Positions 9,653-19,605 of a DNA stretch of 55,835 nt are shown piece by piece. The DNA is from Promethearchaeota archaeon (GTDB lineage Archaea; Asgardarchaeota; Lokiarchaeia; Sigyniarchaeales; SOKP01): contig SHMW01000020.1 in assembly GCA_008080735.1 (NCBI GenBank), positions 1-55,835 of the forward strand, given 5' to 3'. The stretch's first letter is position 1, and each line of letters begins with the position of its first letter. The position numbers and the translations under genes were made by a program. The notes beneath the pieces are model-generated. The model saw nothing but the letters and a program-made list of their open reading frames with translations, was not told where the DNA came from and ran no database searches.

Positions 9653-10786
9653 TCATTCTAGATTTAGAATCTCCCTGGCTTTATCGATATTCTTCTCCTT
9701 TTTTTTTCGATGGTGCTTGATAAATTTGAGCACTCGCTCAACGCAGGTTTGTTTGTGCTCACCACATAATAATTCCCCCTTTACACATTGTTCAAATTCT
9801 TGGGCAAGCACTTCATCATCTTCTTCGAAATGATACATTAAGATCTTATAAATCATACATTTCTGAGGTTCTCCGCCCAATTCTTCTTGCATTTTCCTAT
9901 TTTTTCGTCCTCCTGTAAGTGCACCCCTAATTTTTTTCTCGATAGATTCGAGCGACTCGTTAAATGTGAAATAGCTGTTGGGATTCCGTTTAGACATCTT
10001 ATCAGAACCATCTAACCCCGGCAATAATTTATGATATGTTGCTCCCGGAAGGAAAAACTCTTCTTGGACGATTTTCTCGTCTATTTTTTTCTCTTTATAA
10101 TATCTCCGAGCTAAATCCCTGGTCAAGCGGATATGTGGATCCTGATCGATTCCAACGGGTACTATGGTCGGTTGAGGCCCATCTACGACTTGTGGTAAGA
10201 GAATATCTCCACATTGTATTAATGCGGCAAGATATAACCCGAATGTTTTCTCTCCATAAATCGCATTCAACATATTTTGCGTGACAAGTCGGCTGACCTT
10301 AAAGCAAACATCTTTCACGATGGGTTCCTTAGATTGGCGCCATATATATGCATTATCGGGGTCTAATCCTAATGCTAAGATATCGGCAAGATTATCAATC
10401 GCGATTTCCTCGGCATCCTCGTAGGGGATCCCGTTATCTTCCCAACTTTCAATATCAGCAATAGCATAGTACGCTTTTCCGCCCATTTTCTGGAATTCAA
10501 TGATCTCCAAGGCCGTGGTCATCGTTCCTAAATGAAATGGTCCAGAGGGTTTGATTCCCGACATTACCGCCCACGGTTTATCCATTTCCATCGCCTTATG
10601 AATCATAGCGAGATCTCGATGTCCGAAAATCACTTTCCTTCGAATGAACTTATGCTTCCGAAATCGTTCTCGCGTGATATCATTAATAGTCTCGATACCG
10701 AACTCATCAATTAAACGAAGATAATCAGAATCTAAAATATTAGAACTGCTCCATGGATCTACGAATAATTTATCATCGTCTGCCAT
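9653..10786 (-). CDS. trpS: Tryptophanyl-tRNA synthetase (archaeal type)
   Basis: SGIKPSGPFHLG, PVGIDQDPHIRLTRD and KMSKR. Start placed at MADDDKLFVDPW to avoid overlap with hisI. Confidence 0.93.
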   Translation of the reverse strand: MADDDKLFVDPWSSSNILDSDYLRLIDEFGIETINDITRERFRKHKFIRRKVIFGHRDLAMIHKAMEMDKPWAVMSGIKPSGPFHLGTMTTALEIIEFQKMGGKAYYAIADIESWEDNGIPYEDAEEIAIDNLADILALGLDPDNAYIWRQSKEPIVKDVCFKVSRLVTQNMLNAIYGEKTFGLYLAALIQCGDILLPQVVDGPQPTIVPVGIDQDPHIRLTRDLARRYYKEKKIDEKIVQEEFFLPGATYHKLLPGLDGSDKMSKRNPNSYFTFNESLESIEKKIRGALTGGRKNRKMQEELGGEPQKCMIYKILMYHFEEDDEVLAQEFEQCVKGELLCGEHKQTCVERVLKFIKHHRKKKEKNIDKAREILNLE

Positions 10787-10831
10787 AATATAATAAGAAA
10801 ATATATACAAAGTAAAAAATTTTGATAATAT

Positions 10832-11254
10832 ATGAAGAAATATAGTGATAGAGATATAGACAATTTTATAGATATTTTGGATTTTTCGAAAATCGAGGGA
10901 GGACTCGTTCCGGTGGTTGCGCAAGATTATGAGACAAACGAAATCTTAATGTTGGCGTTTTCCAACGAAGAAGCGGTCAGAAAAACCCTCGAAACGGGAT
11001 ATGCTCATTATTATTCCCGCTCACGTGATACACTCTGGAAAAAGGGGGGCACAAGTGGTCATGTTCAAGAAGTGAAGAAGATTATAATAGATTGCGACAA
11101 TGATTCTATCCTTCTGAAAGTCCACCAAATCGGAGCTCCTTGTCATAAAGGGTTCTCAACGTGTTTTTATAATGAATACTCCGAAGAGGGAAGTATGAAA
11201 TTAATAGGTAAGAAAGTGTTCGATCCTGAAGAAGTTTATAAAAATCCTGAATAA
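10832..11254 (+). CDS. hisI: Phosphoribosyl-AMP cyclohydrolase
   Basis: YYSRSRDTLWKKGGTSGH, DCDNDS and CHKGFSTCF. Confidence 0.95.
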   Translation: MKKYSDRDIDNFIDILDFSKIEGGLVPVVAQDYETNEILMLAFSNEEAVRKTLETGYAHYYSRSRDTLWKKGGTSGHVQEVKKIIIDCDNDSILLKVHQIGAPCHKGFSTCFYNEYSEEGSMKLIGKKVFDPEEVYKNPE

Positions 11255-11447
11255 CTCAAAAATGAATTGAATTCTTCCCAATTATCATAAGACACAAAAA
11301 AATATTATTTGAGCTATAATTAGCCCATTTAGAAATTTTTAAGTTTAAAGCTTAATTTTGAAAGTCATTAGATTAATTAATATTGTAGATTAAAATAAAT
11401 TAGAGATTCTACATACCATATTCTGGGAAGGATACTAAATCTTTAAT

Positions 11448-13859
11448 ATGAGTGAAGAAAAACTAGCAATACATAACAGAAAGGTAGAAACCATCTCTGA
11501 AATGGTTAGAACTGCCTATCATAACGCGAAGCCCGGAGAATATTTCTCTCTAAAAAAAGCGAGCGTTTCTCACATGGCTCCACAGCCGGATAACCCGAAA
11601 TATAGTGACAAGCCGATAGATGTGAGATCACTCACAGATATTATTGAGATAAACCCAGATACACGGATGTGTGTTGCTGAAGCGGGGGTTACCTTCGCTG
11701 AGCTTGCAAGAGAAACCTTAGAGTATGGGCTTGTTCCTCAATGTGTGTCCGAGCTGAAGGGAATCACGATAGGCGGGGCAGTCGCGGGATGTTCAGTCGA
11801 ATCTATGTCGTTCAAGTACGGAGGATTTTTCGATTCCTGTGAAGAAATAGAGATCGTGACGGGAAAAGGCGACATAATAGTCTGCTCGAAAAGTAATAAT
11901 CCTGAAATATTCGAGATGCTGCATGGAAGCTTCGGCACGATCGCAATCATCACGCTTCTGAAATTCAAGCTCGTTCCGGCGAAAAAATGCGTCCGCATCG
12001 ATTACATTCAATACGATACTTTTAGTGAATATATAGACGCCATCAAACAACACTACGAAAAAAAAGATATAGAAATGATGGACGGGCTTATCTTCTCCGA
12101 AAATAAGAACGTTCTCTGCATTGCCAGCTTCGTTGATGAGGCGAAAGCGCCTTACAAAAATAAATATTTCTACGATATTTATTACAAAAGCGCAATGAAC
12201 AGAAAGCAAGACTACCTTTCCACCATAGATTATTTTTTTCGGTATGACGCAGACTGCCATTGGTCGATACGGAATTTTGCTGGAGGAATTTTCGAGAATA
12301 AACTAGTCCGGTGGTTAGTAGGTCCCTTTATATTGGGATCGACAAATATTCTTAAGACCAGCGAACGCTTGCCATTTCTAACTAAGAAGGGTGGGAAACC
12401 GGATGTAATTGTCGATGTTTTCATACCGATCACCCACGCGGAAGAATTTTTTGATTGGTATCTGGAAGTGTTTGATTATTTCCCCGTTTGGATTGTACCA
12501 TACCGCTTGGAAAAAAACAAACTAGATGGATATAAGTTTTATCCGTGGCTCAATCAAGAAATGGTCGCTCCCATCGAGAATGAATTATTCATAGATTTCG
12601 CCATTTACGGGTTCGAGCAAAAAAGAAAGGGATTCAACTACTATAAAGCGTTAGAAGAAAAGGTTTATGAGCTTAGAGGAATGAAAACTCTAATAACTCA
12701 CAATTACTACGAAGAAGATTTGTTCTGGAAGGTATATAACAAGAAATTATACGATAAAGTGAAAGAACGAACGGATCCGAAAAACCTGTTTCGAAATTTG
12801 TACGAAAAAACAAATTACAAGAATAAAACTGAAACAGCGAAAAAACTAAAGATAGGAATCCCTCGTTCACTGTATTTCTACAAGTATTTTCCATTATGGG
12901 AAGGAATGCTTACCAGTCTTGGTTGTGAAGTTATTGTGAGTCCAGAAACCAACAAAGAAATTCTTACCAAGGGTTCTAAACAATCTGCAACCGATTTATG
13001 CATTCCAATGAAGATTCATTATGGTCATGTGAATTATTTATCGAGAAATCACCCCGATCTGGACTTTATCTTTATACCAAGATTTATTAGTAATAGTAAT
13101 GATCACTATTTTTGTCCAAAATTCATTATTCTTCCAGATGTCACTCAACACTCAGCAGTTTCTAAGATTCCCGTAATTGAATGGGTCTTTAATGCCAGGA
13201 AAAATACAATGATGAACTCAGCAATAGATTTTGGCAAAAAATTAGGTAAATCAAAAGAAGAATCAATAAACGCATTTAAGAACGGACATAAAAAACTTGA
13301 AGAATTCCATGAACTGATTGAGGACGGAATTCTTGTTCCCGATGCACTTTTCAAAATGTATCCTTTTGAAAAATATCCAAATTACAATTTTAAGAAAAGA
13401 AATCAACCTAAACTTCACAAAGAATATAAAAAATATCCCCTTTCATTAATGGTCCTTGGTCATCCATACAATACTTACGAACCAATTATTAATCATGGTT
13501 TAATGGATATTCTCAAATCAAATTTTGTTGATGTTATAACTATTGAAAATGCGCCAAAGGAAATCTTTTCTAGAAGAGTAGAGATTGATGATAATCTTAC
13601 TAATTTCTGGGACAACGAAGATGAATTGATGCAATTATCTGATTATGTTATCAATAATGAAGAGATTGATGGTGGTATTTTTTTGATTTCTTTTGCGTGT
13701 GGACCTGATTCTTTAATTCAAGAAGTCGTAATGCAAGATTTCGATATGAAGGATAAACCTTTTATCGATCTCACATTAGACGAACATACTGGAGAATCTC
13801 AATTAACCACCAGAGTAGAATCTTTTATTGAAATGATAAGGAGGAAAAAATACAATTGA
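11448..13859 (+). CDS. Fusion: DHCR24/VAO-type FAD-binding oxidoreductase + DUF2229-like CoA-activase-associated/dehydratase domain
   Basis: ELKGITIGGAVAGCSVESMSFKYG, HGSFGT and TDPKNLFRNLYEKT up to about aa 455. Then KIGIPRSLYFYKYFPLW, CIPMKIHYGH, CPKF, SFACGPD and DEHTGESQLTTRVESF. Confidence 0.85.
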   Translation: MSEEKLAIHNRKVETISEMVRTAYHNAKPGEYFSLKKASVSHMAPQPDNPKYSDKPIDVRSLTDIIEINPDTRMCVAEAGVTFAELARETLEYGLVPQCVSELKGITIGGAVAGCSVESMSFKYGGFFDSCEEIEIVTGKGDIIVCSKSNNPEIFEMLHGSFGTIAIITLLKFKLVPAKKCVRIDYIQYDTFSEYIDAIKQHYEKKDIEMMDGLIFSENKNVLCIASFVDEAKAPYKNKYFYDIYYKSAMNRKQDYLSTIDYFFRYDADCHWSIRNFAGGIFENKLVRWLVGPFILGSTNILKTSERLPFLTKKGGKPDVIVDVFIPITHAEEFFDWYLEVFDYFPVWIVPYRLEKNKLDGYKFYPWLNQEMVAPIENELFIDFAIYGFEQKRKGFNYYKALEEKVYELRGMKTLITHNYYEEDLFWKVYNKKLYDKVKERTDPKNLFRNLYEKTNYKNKTETAKKLKIGIPRSLYFYKYFPLWEGMLTSLGCEVIVSPETNKEILTKGSKQSATDLCIPMKIHYGHVNYLSRNHPDLDFIFIPRFISNSNDHYFCPKFIILPDVTQHSAVSKIPVIEWVFNARKNTMMNSAIDFGKKLGKSKEESINAFKNGHKKLEEFHELIEDGILVPDALFKMYPFEKYPNYNFKKRNQPKLHKEYKKYPLSLMVLGHPYNTYEPIINHGLMDILKSNFVDVITIENAPKEIFSRRVEIDDNLTNFWDNEDELMQLSDYVINNEEIDGGIFLISFACGPDSLIQEVVMQDFDMKDKPFIDLTLDEHTGESQLTTRVESFIEMIRRKKYN

Positions 13860-14890
13860 ATAAACCGGAATTTATCAAGAATATTATTACAGATGATCTG
13901 GACGACAAGTTATATCTAGGAATCGATGTCGGAAGTGTCTCCACGAAATGCACGATAATTAATGAGAGAGATGAATTATTATATGCTACTTGGACCAGAA
14001 ATAAGGGTTCTCCCATTATTTCTACACAAGAAAATCTAAAATACATGGAAAAAGTCCTTCCCGATAACATCGAAAAACGTATTTGTGGTGTAGGGACAAC
14101 AGGCTCAGCGAGGTATTTAATAAAAGCTCTTATCGGTGCAGATATCGCAAAACCCGAAATAATTGCCCATGCAATTGGAGCTTCAACATATACCCCTGAT
14201 GTAAGAACAATTCTCGAAATCGGAGGACAAGATAGCAAAGTTATATTAATGAAAAATGGGATTGTTACAGATTTTAACATGAACAGTGTGTGTGCTGCCG
14301 GAACTGGGTCTTTTTTAGATCATCAAGCAGTTCGGATCAATGTTCCCATCGAAGAGTTTGGGGATTATGCTCTCCGAGCTGACGAAGAGGTCTCCATTGC
14401 GGGAAGATGCACAGTTTTTGCCGAATCAGATATGATCAGTAAACAGCAAGAAGGGTATTCTAAAGAATCAATTATTAAGGGATTGTGTAAAGCTCTTGTG
14501 AGAAATTACTTGAATAATGTTTGCAAGGGTAAAAAACTGTATCCGCCATTTGTCTTCCAAGGAGGGGTGGCCGCAAATTCGGGAATAAAAAACGCTTTTG
14601 AAGAAGAATTGGGGCATGAAGTCATTATCCATGAAAATTATTACGTGATGGGAGCATTTGGCTCAGCTATTTTGGCAAGGGAACATGTAAATGGGGAATT
14701 ATCGTCTTTTCATGGCTTAAAAATAAGTGAAATGGACTTGGCTCCAGGTTCATTTGTCTGTCCTGATTGTGCTAATCGATGTACAATTAAATATCTTGTC
14801 AGGAGAGAAGATAAAAATAGAGTAAATGGAAGAGAAAAAGATGATGCGATATTTGCACGATGGAATTCAAGGTGTGGGAAATATTCGTAA
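13856..14890 (+). CDS. CoA-substrate-specific enzyme activase (HgdC/BcrAD/BadFG ASKHA ATPase)
   Basis: YLGIDVGSVSTK, EIGGQDSK, MNSVCAAGTGSFLD, GRCTVFAESD and GGVAAN. Confidence 0.92.
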   Translation: MNKPEFIKNIITDDLDDKLYLGIDVGSVSTKCTIINERDELLYATWTRNKGSPIISTQENLKYMEKVLPDNIEKRICGVGTTGSARYLIKALIGADIAKPEIIAHAIGASTYTPDVRTILEIGGQDSKVILMKNGIVTDFNMNSVCAAGTGSFLDHQAVRINVPIEEFGDYALRADEEVSIAGRCTVFAESDMISKQQEGYSKESIIKGLCKALVRNYLNNVCKGKKLYPPFVFQGGVAANSGIKNAFEEELGHEVIIHENYYVMGAFGSAILAREHVNGELSSFHGLKISEMDLAPGSFVCPDCANRCTIKYLVRREDKNRVNGREKDDAIFARWNSRCGKYS

Positions 14891-14915
14891 AGGAAAATCC
14901 CTCTTCTGAATAATA

Positions 14916-16268
14916 ATGGGTGAGAAAATAAAAATGGTAAATGTTAGAGTTTCGTTTTCACGATTGGGTTGGAGTTATATTTTTTTCAAAGGTTTATTGC
15001 ATGATCTTCCCGGGATTGAAGTTGTTGAGCCCCCTTTAGTAGACACCGAAATTGTTAGTGAAGGTGTCAAACATTCGCCTGAATTTGTTTGTTTTCCATT
15101 TAAATTCATTCTTGGTGAAATGATAAATTTGTATCGTAATTATGACGTTAAAGACTTTATGATGATTGCTGATCACGGACCTTGTCGAGCGGGAATGTAT
15201 GGCGTTGTCCAGAAAAGAATCTTGAAAAACATGGGGTTCGAAGATGTTAGAATGTTTTATTTACATCAAGATGATTTCCGAAATCTTGAATGGCTAACGG
15301 TATTCCCAAAATTAGAAAAAAGAACAGGATATAAAATTGATAATTATAAAATTTTAAGAAATACACTCTTATTTTTGATCAAAGCATATTATGTTGAAAG
15401 AATAACCCATATTGAAGGCCTTGTTAGATGTCGGGAAAAAAACAAATCAATGACAACTAAAGTCGTTCATAAATTGATGGATTTACTTGATAAGCAAAAT
15501 AATTTGATGAAATTATCTAATTTTGATAGAACGATAGATGAACATTTTCGAAAGATTCCTATTGACAAAGAAATGGAACCTTTGAGGGTATGTTTTACTG
15601 GGGAAATCCAAGTCATGTTGGAGAAATGGGTTAATTATGATCTGATGGGAGAATTAGGTGTTATGGGTATTGAAGTTCATAAGCAGTACGATGTCTTTGA
15701 TTGGGTTATGTACAAGCTTGACGCCAGTAAGCGGAGAAGGCGGCTTGAAGACAAAGCAAAAAAGTATATTCCAATGGATATTGGCGGAGAAGCAGTATGG
15801 AATATGGGAAGCTATCTTGAATCTCAAGAAAAAGGGTTTGATGGGTTTGTCCATATCTTCCCATTTACATGCATGCCCGAGATATCCCTATTGGGGATGC
15901 TGGAAGCGGAAAAGAACATGGACGAGTTCTATATGCCACACATTCATATAAGTCTTGATGGAAGTTCTGGTTTTGAAGGACTTCGAACACGAATCGAAGC
16001 ATTTCATGATTTAATGATAGCTAATAAGAAATCTAATCCTTTATTTAGAGATGTCAAGTATGAGGTCCCGGAGGAGATCAAAAATATATATTTTGAGCCG
16101 AAATCCAATTTTGAATATTTCGTGTCAAGTATTCAAAAACCAATGTCAATGCTTATGACAATGCTGAATCCATCAAAGAAATTAGATGTGGGATTCGCAC
16201 TTAAGAATGGGCTCGAATTTTTCTCTCGAAATTCGAGTTTTGATATTGGGTCTCTTTTTAACCTTTAA
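14916..16268 (+). CDS. 2-hydroxyacyl-CoA dehydratase-like (HgdA/B-related) subunit
   Basis: SPEFVCFPFK, GPCRAGMYG, PFTCMPE and GLRTRIEAF; operonic with the activase. Confidence 0.8.
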   Translation: MGEKIKMVNVRVSFSRLGWSYIFFKGLLHDLPGIEVVEPPLVDTEIVSEGVKHSPEFVCFPFKFILGEMINLYRNYDVKDFMMIADHGPCRAGMYGVVQKRILKNMGFEDVRMFYLHQDDFRNLEWLTVFPKLEKRTGYKIDNYKILRNTLLFLIKAYYVERITHIEGLVRCREKNKSMTTKVVHKLMDLLDKQNNLMKLSNFDRTIDEHFRKIPIDKEMEPLRVCFTGEIQVMLEKWVNYDLMGELGVMGIEVHKQYDVFDWVMYKLDASKRRRRLEDKAKKYIPMDIGGEAVWNMGSYLESQEKGFDGFVHIFPFTCMPEISLLGMLEAEKNMDEFYMPHIHISLDGSSGFEGLRTRIEAFHDLMIANKKSNPLFRDVKYEVPEEIKNIYFEPKSNFEYFVSSIQKPMSMLMTMLNPSKKLDVGFALKNGLEFFSRNSSFDIGSLFNL

Positions 16269-16372
16269 AAGGCTTTTTTGTTATGAAAGTTGCTTTCCTA
16301 AATTTTTCCATATAATAGATTTCTTAAAAATAGAAGAATAAATATTAAATAATCAAATTCTTACTATAAAGT

Positions 16373-16594
16373 ATGAATGTTGGAAAAATGAGTAAGAAAG
16401 GTCAAATTGTGATTCCCAAAGAAATTCGGGAACGTTTCGGAATCATGCCCGGCGATGCGGTAATATTTAAAATCAAAGGGGACAAGATTATAATAGAAAA
16501 AATAGATCAAAAAATGTCGGATATTTTAATAGAAAGTCAACCAGTAGAAGATAGCATTGAATTTCAGAAAAAACTCCGTGAGGATTGGGAATGA
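16373..16594 (+). CDS. AbrB/MazE/SpoVT-family antitoxin
   Basis: KMSKKGQIVIPKEIRERFGIMPGD; stop overlaps the PIN gene start (ATGA). Confidence 0.9.
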   Translation: MNVGKMSKKGQIVIPKEIRERFGIMPGDAVIFKIKGDKIIIEKIDQKMSDILIESQPVEDSIEFQKKLREDWE

Positions 16595-17010
16595 AAGTAA
16601 ATCTTGATACAAATATTTTCATTACTGTTAAAAATCAAGAACCTCATTTTGAATATTGTAAACAAATAATTGATAAAATAGAAAACAAAGTCCTTAATGG
16701 GGTGATGTCTACGATTGTATTGATGGAAGTACTCGTGGGATTTTTCCAAAATAATGAAAAAAACGCAGCAAATGCATTTGCAAACAAAGCAATGCTTAAT
16801 TATGATCTTATTTCAGTAGATCATGAGATAGCAAAAAAAGCAGCAAATATAAGGGTTCAATATGGTATTAAACTTCCAGATGCGATAATAGCCGCCACCA
16901 CTCTTCTTTCTGAATGTGACTACTTTATAACTAAGAATAAACCACTATTAAAAAAATTAGATATTCAAAAAATTTCACCAAAAGAGTTTGTAGAAAAAAT
17001 TCTAAATTAG
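16591..17010 (+). CDS. vapC: VapC/PIN-domain toxin
   Basis: VNLDTNIFI, LMEVLVG, KLPDAIIAAT and FITKN. Confidence 0.88.
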   Translation: MKVNLDTNIFITVKNQEPHFEYCKQIIDKIENKVLNGVMSTIVLMEVLVGFFQNNEKNAANAFANKAMLNYDLISVDHEIAKKAANIRVQYGIKLPDAIIAATTLLSECDYFITKNKPLLKKLDIQKISPKEFVEKILN

Positions 17011-17101
17011 TTCTAAAATCTGTGTGCCTTTTTTTTTCCATTAAAAACAATTAAATAATATATCAAGGAAAAAAATTGTAGATTTAAGGCACCTCAGTCA
17101 T

Positions 17102-17235
17102 TTATGATTTTCCCATTACCTTTCGGACAAATTTCATCGACACAATCCTACCAACTTCCCTCTCCGAACCTAATTCAGTAGTCTCAGCATCCAGGATAAT
17201 AGACATCGAACACGCTGCCAAGCACTTGGCGGAGT
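17102..17235 (-). pseudogene. Decayed 4Fe-4S ferredoxin-like remnant
   Basis: Minus strand reads CLAACSMSI in one frame and DCVDEICPKG in another, with an internal stop. Confidence 0.35.
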
Positions 17236-17341
17236 CTTAAAAATAGGATAGTCTCATCTATCAGAATTCTTGAAAAAATTAAATATTTTAGGAATAAACT
17301 CTTTTGGAGCATAATCTCAACAGATCCTTCCTCTGGGGGGA

Positions 17342-17650
17342 TTTTCAATCGGTATAGATTTTAATTTAAGAGAACATTTCTCAGATGATAATCAAGTTCT
17401 TGTAAATAAAGGCAGAGGCGCTCAAGGTATTAAGTACAAAGGAAAGATGTTTATTATATTCTATAAGGGAGATTTAGTGATCAAATTATCTCCCGAAAGA
17501 GTTAAAGAATTTATTGATTCTGGAGATGGTTTACCATTCGATCCGGGAACTGGGAAGCCTAAGAAAGATAGAGTTCTAATCCAAGCATCTAAAAAAGATC
17601 TGTGGATACCTCTCAGCAAAGAATCAAAAAAATATGTTATTTCCTTGTGA
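17342..17650 (+). pseudogene. TfoX_N-like protein, probably 5'-truncated
   Basis: Frame is open upstream of ATG 17447 (GRGAQGIKYKGKMF) with no ATG/GTG/TTG. GKMF...LVIKLSPERV...PFDPGTG resembles TfoX_N-like proteins. Confidence 0.5.
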
Positions 17651-17873
17651 AAAATTCAAATTTTTTCGAATAAACACCAATAGAGTCTCATATTTCTTCT
17701 CATGATTAAATATAAGAAGTTGGAGTTTTCTCTAAAATCTACCCTCCCCAAAAACATTTATAATTTAAGTATAGAATTAAATAAATTGTTATAAATTCTT
17801 TATAATTTCGCCTCTTTGCTGTTTTTTCATTAGGATAATATATAATTCCTTCATTTTGTATTTGTAACTTGTT

Positions 17874-18272
17874 ATGGAATCAAAAATGGAAAAATCCGAA
17901 GACGAGTGGCGAGAAGAATTGACAGATGAGCAGTACTATGTATTGAGACAGAAGGGAACTGAACGTCCATTCACTGGAAAATATGTAGATAACAAAGAAA
18001 AAGGTGTCTATAAGTGTGCGGCTTGCGGTAATCCGTTATTTAGCTCAGAGACGAAGTTTCATTCTGGAACAGGGTGGCCTAGTTTCTATGAACCCATAGA
18101 GGATCAAAATGTAGAAAAGAAAGAAGATTTGAGTCATGGCATGCGCAGAACAGAAGTCCTTTGCAGTAAATGCCAAGGGCATCTAGGACATATATTTGAA
18201 GATGGACCTAAACCTACAGGCAAACGATTTTGTATCAATTCTATTTCGCTAGATTTTGAAGAAAAAGACTAA
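17874..18272 (+). CDS. msrB: Peptide-methionine (R)-S-oxide reductase
   Basis: [30 protein letters not shown] and RFCINS. Confidence 0.97.
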   Translation: MESKMEKSEDEWREELTDEQYYVLRQKGTERPFTGKYVDNKEKGVYKCAACGNPLFSSETKFHSGTGWPSFYEPIEDQNVEKKEDLSHGMRRTEVLCSKCQGHLGHIFEDGPKPTGKRFCINSISLDFEEKD

Positions 18273-18453
18273 TTTTTTTATTTCTTATTTGTACAGAGAC
18301 TCTATTTTATTTATTTTACTTAAATTAATGTCATCTCTATATTTGATATATTGTTTGACATAAATCCAAAATCAATCAATTTAGAAAAAATATAGATCTA
18401 ATTTGCCTATTTACTTCTCCTATACTACAATTTTATAACATACTAGATTTGAA

Positions 18454-19245
18454 TCACACGATTACTAAACTTAATCCCATCACCGTCATACCCAGCATTA
18501 TTCCGATAATTGATAAATGTTCTTTTCCATATGAATGCGAGACGGGCAATAATTCATCTAAAGAGATATATACCATGAATCCTCCAACAACGGAGAGCAT
18601 TGCACCTAACACAAATTCATTAATAAAAGGAAATAGGAAGAAACCAGAAATAAGTGCTCCAATAAACTCACTGATTCCTGAAAGAAAAGACCACAAAAAA
18701 GCTTTCTTTCTACTGCCGGTTAAAGAATAGATTGGTACAGAAACAGCAATTCCTTCAGGTATATTATGGACAGCAATAGCGATTGCTAATATGATCCCTA
18801 ATTCAACCGATTTTAATGTACCTACAAACGTAGCCATACCTTCTGGAAAATTATGAATCATAATCCCAAGAGTAACCAATAAAGACGCCTTTTGGAGCTC
18901 TATTTGATGAGAGTTATTCCTCATTTTATGATTCTCTGAAAAGGTATTTTTTTCATCCAACGATGTTTCAAATTCATAAGTATGAGATATTAATACATCA
19001 ACCAGAAGCATAATGATCATCCCTATCATAAAGAATGCAAACCCTAACAATTGAGTAGTAGAATTAATCCCCTCCTGGAGTAGTTCTACAAAAGAAACCA
19101 AAATCATTACTCCCGCAGAAAACCCCATAATAATACATATAAGATTTGGATTTGGTTTGATAATAAAAATAGCGATTATACTGCCAAATGTCGTAGATAG
19201 ACCCGCAAACAGAGTTAATATGAGTGCATATAGAATTAGTTCCAT
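18454..19245 (-). CDS. zupT: ZIP-family metal transporter ZupT
   Basis: GFSAGVMILVSFVELL, IHNFPEGMATF, VHNIPEGIAV and YISLDELLP. Confidence 0.93.
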   Translation of the reverse strand: MELILYALILTLFAGLSTTFGSIIAIFIIKPNPNLICIIMGFSAGVMILVSFVELLQEGINSTTQLLGFAFFMIGMIIMLLVDVLISHTYEFETSLDEKNTFSENHKMRNNSHQIELQKASLLVTLGIMIHNFPEGMATFVGTLKSVELGIILAIAIAVHNIPEGIAVSVPIYSLTGSRKKAFLWSFLSGISEFIGALISGFFLFPFINEFVLGAMLSVVGGFMVYISLDELLPVSHSYGKEHLSIIGIMLGMTVMGLSLVIV

Positions 19246-19605
19246 CTTTATGACTTATTTTGTCAATTTTTTAAAAATTATTCGAATTATAACGAACCGT
19301 TTATTTATTTAATTCGGTGAGAAATAAATCGCTTACTTTTTCTGACAAAATTGTATGCTACTAAAATAAATCCAATCTTTTGATTTTTTGTATAAAAAAA
19401 TGAATTAAAATTTTGGGATCATTAAATCGAGCTCTTTGTTTTTTGAAGAATTACTCAATGATTCTCGTTTTAGTATTTTATAATCTCCTTATCTGTATAT
19501 TCGATATAAGAACCAAAAAATAATTTTTACTGAAACAGAAATTTTGAAAAATTAAGCTTAATATTTTTAAATGAACCAATAATTTCAATTAGATATCTTA
19601 AAAAA

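Noticed and set aside
10787-10924. N-terminal extension of trpS in the ORF track
   Set aside because: It overlaps hisI on the opposite strand; similarity to TrpRS starts at MADDDKLFVDPW.
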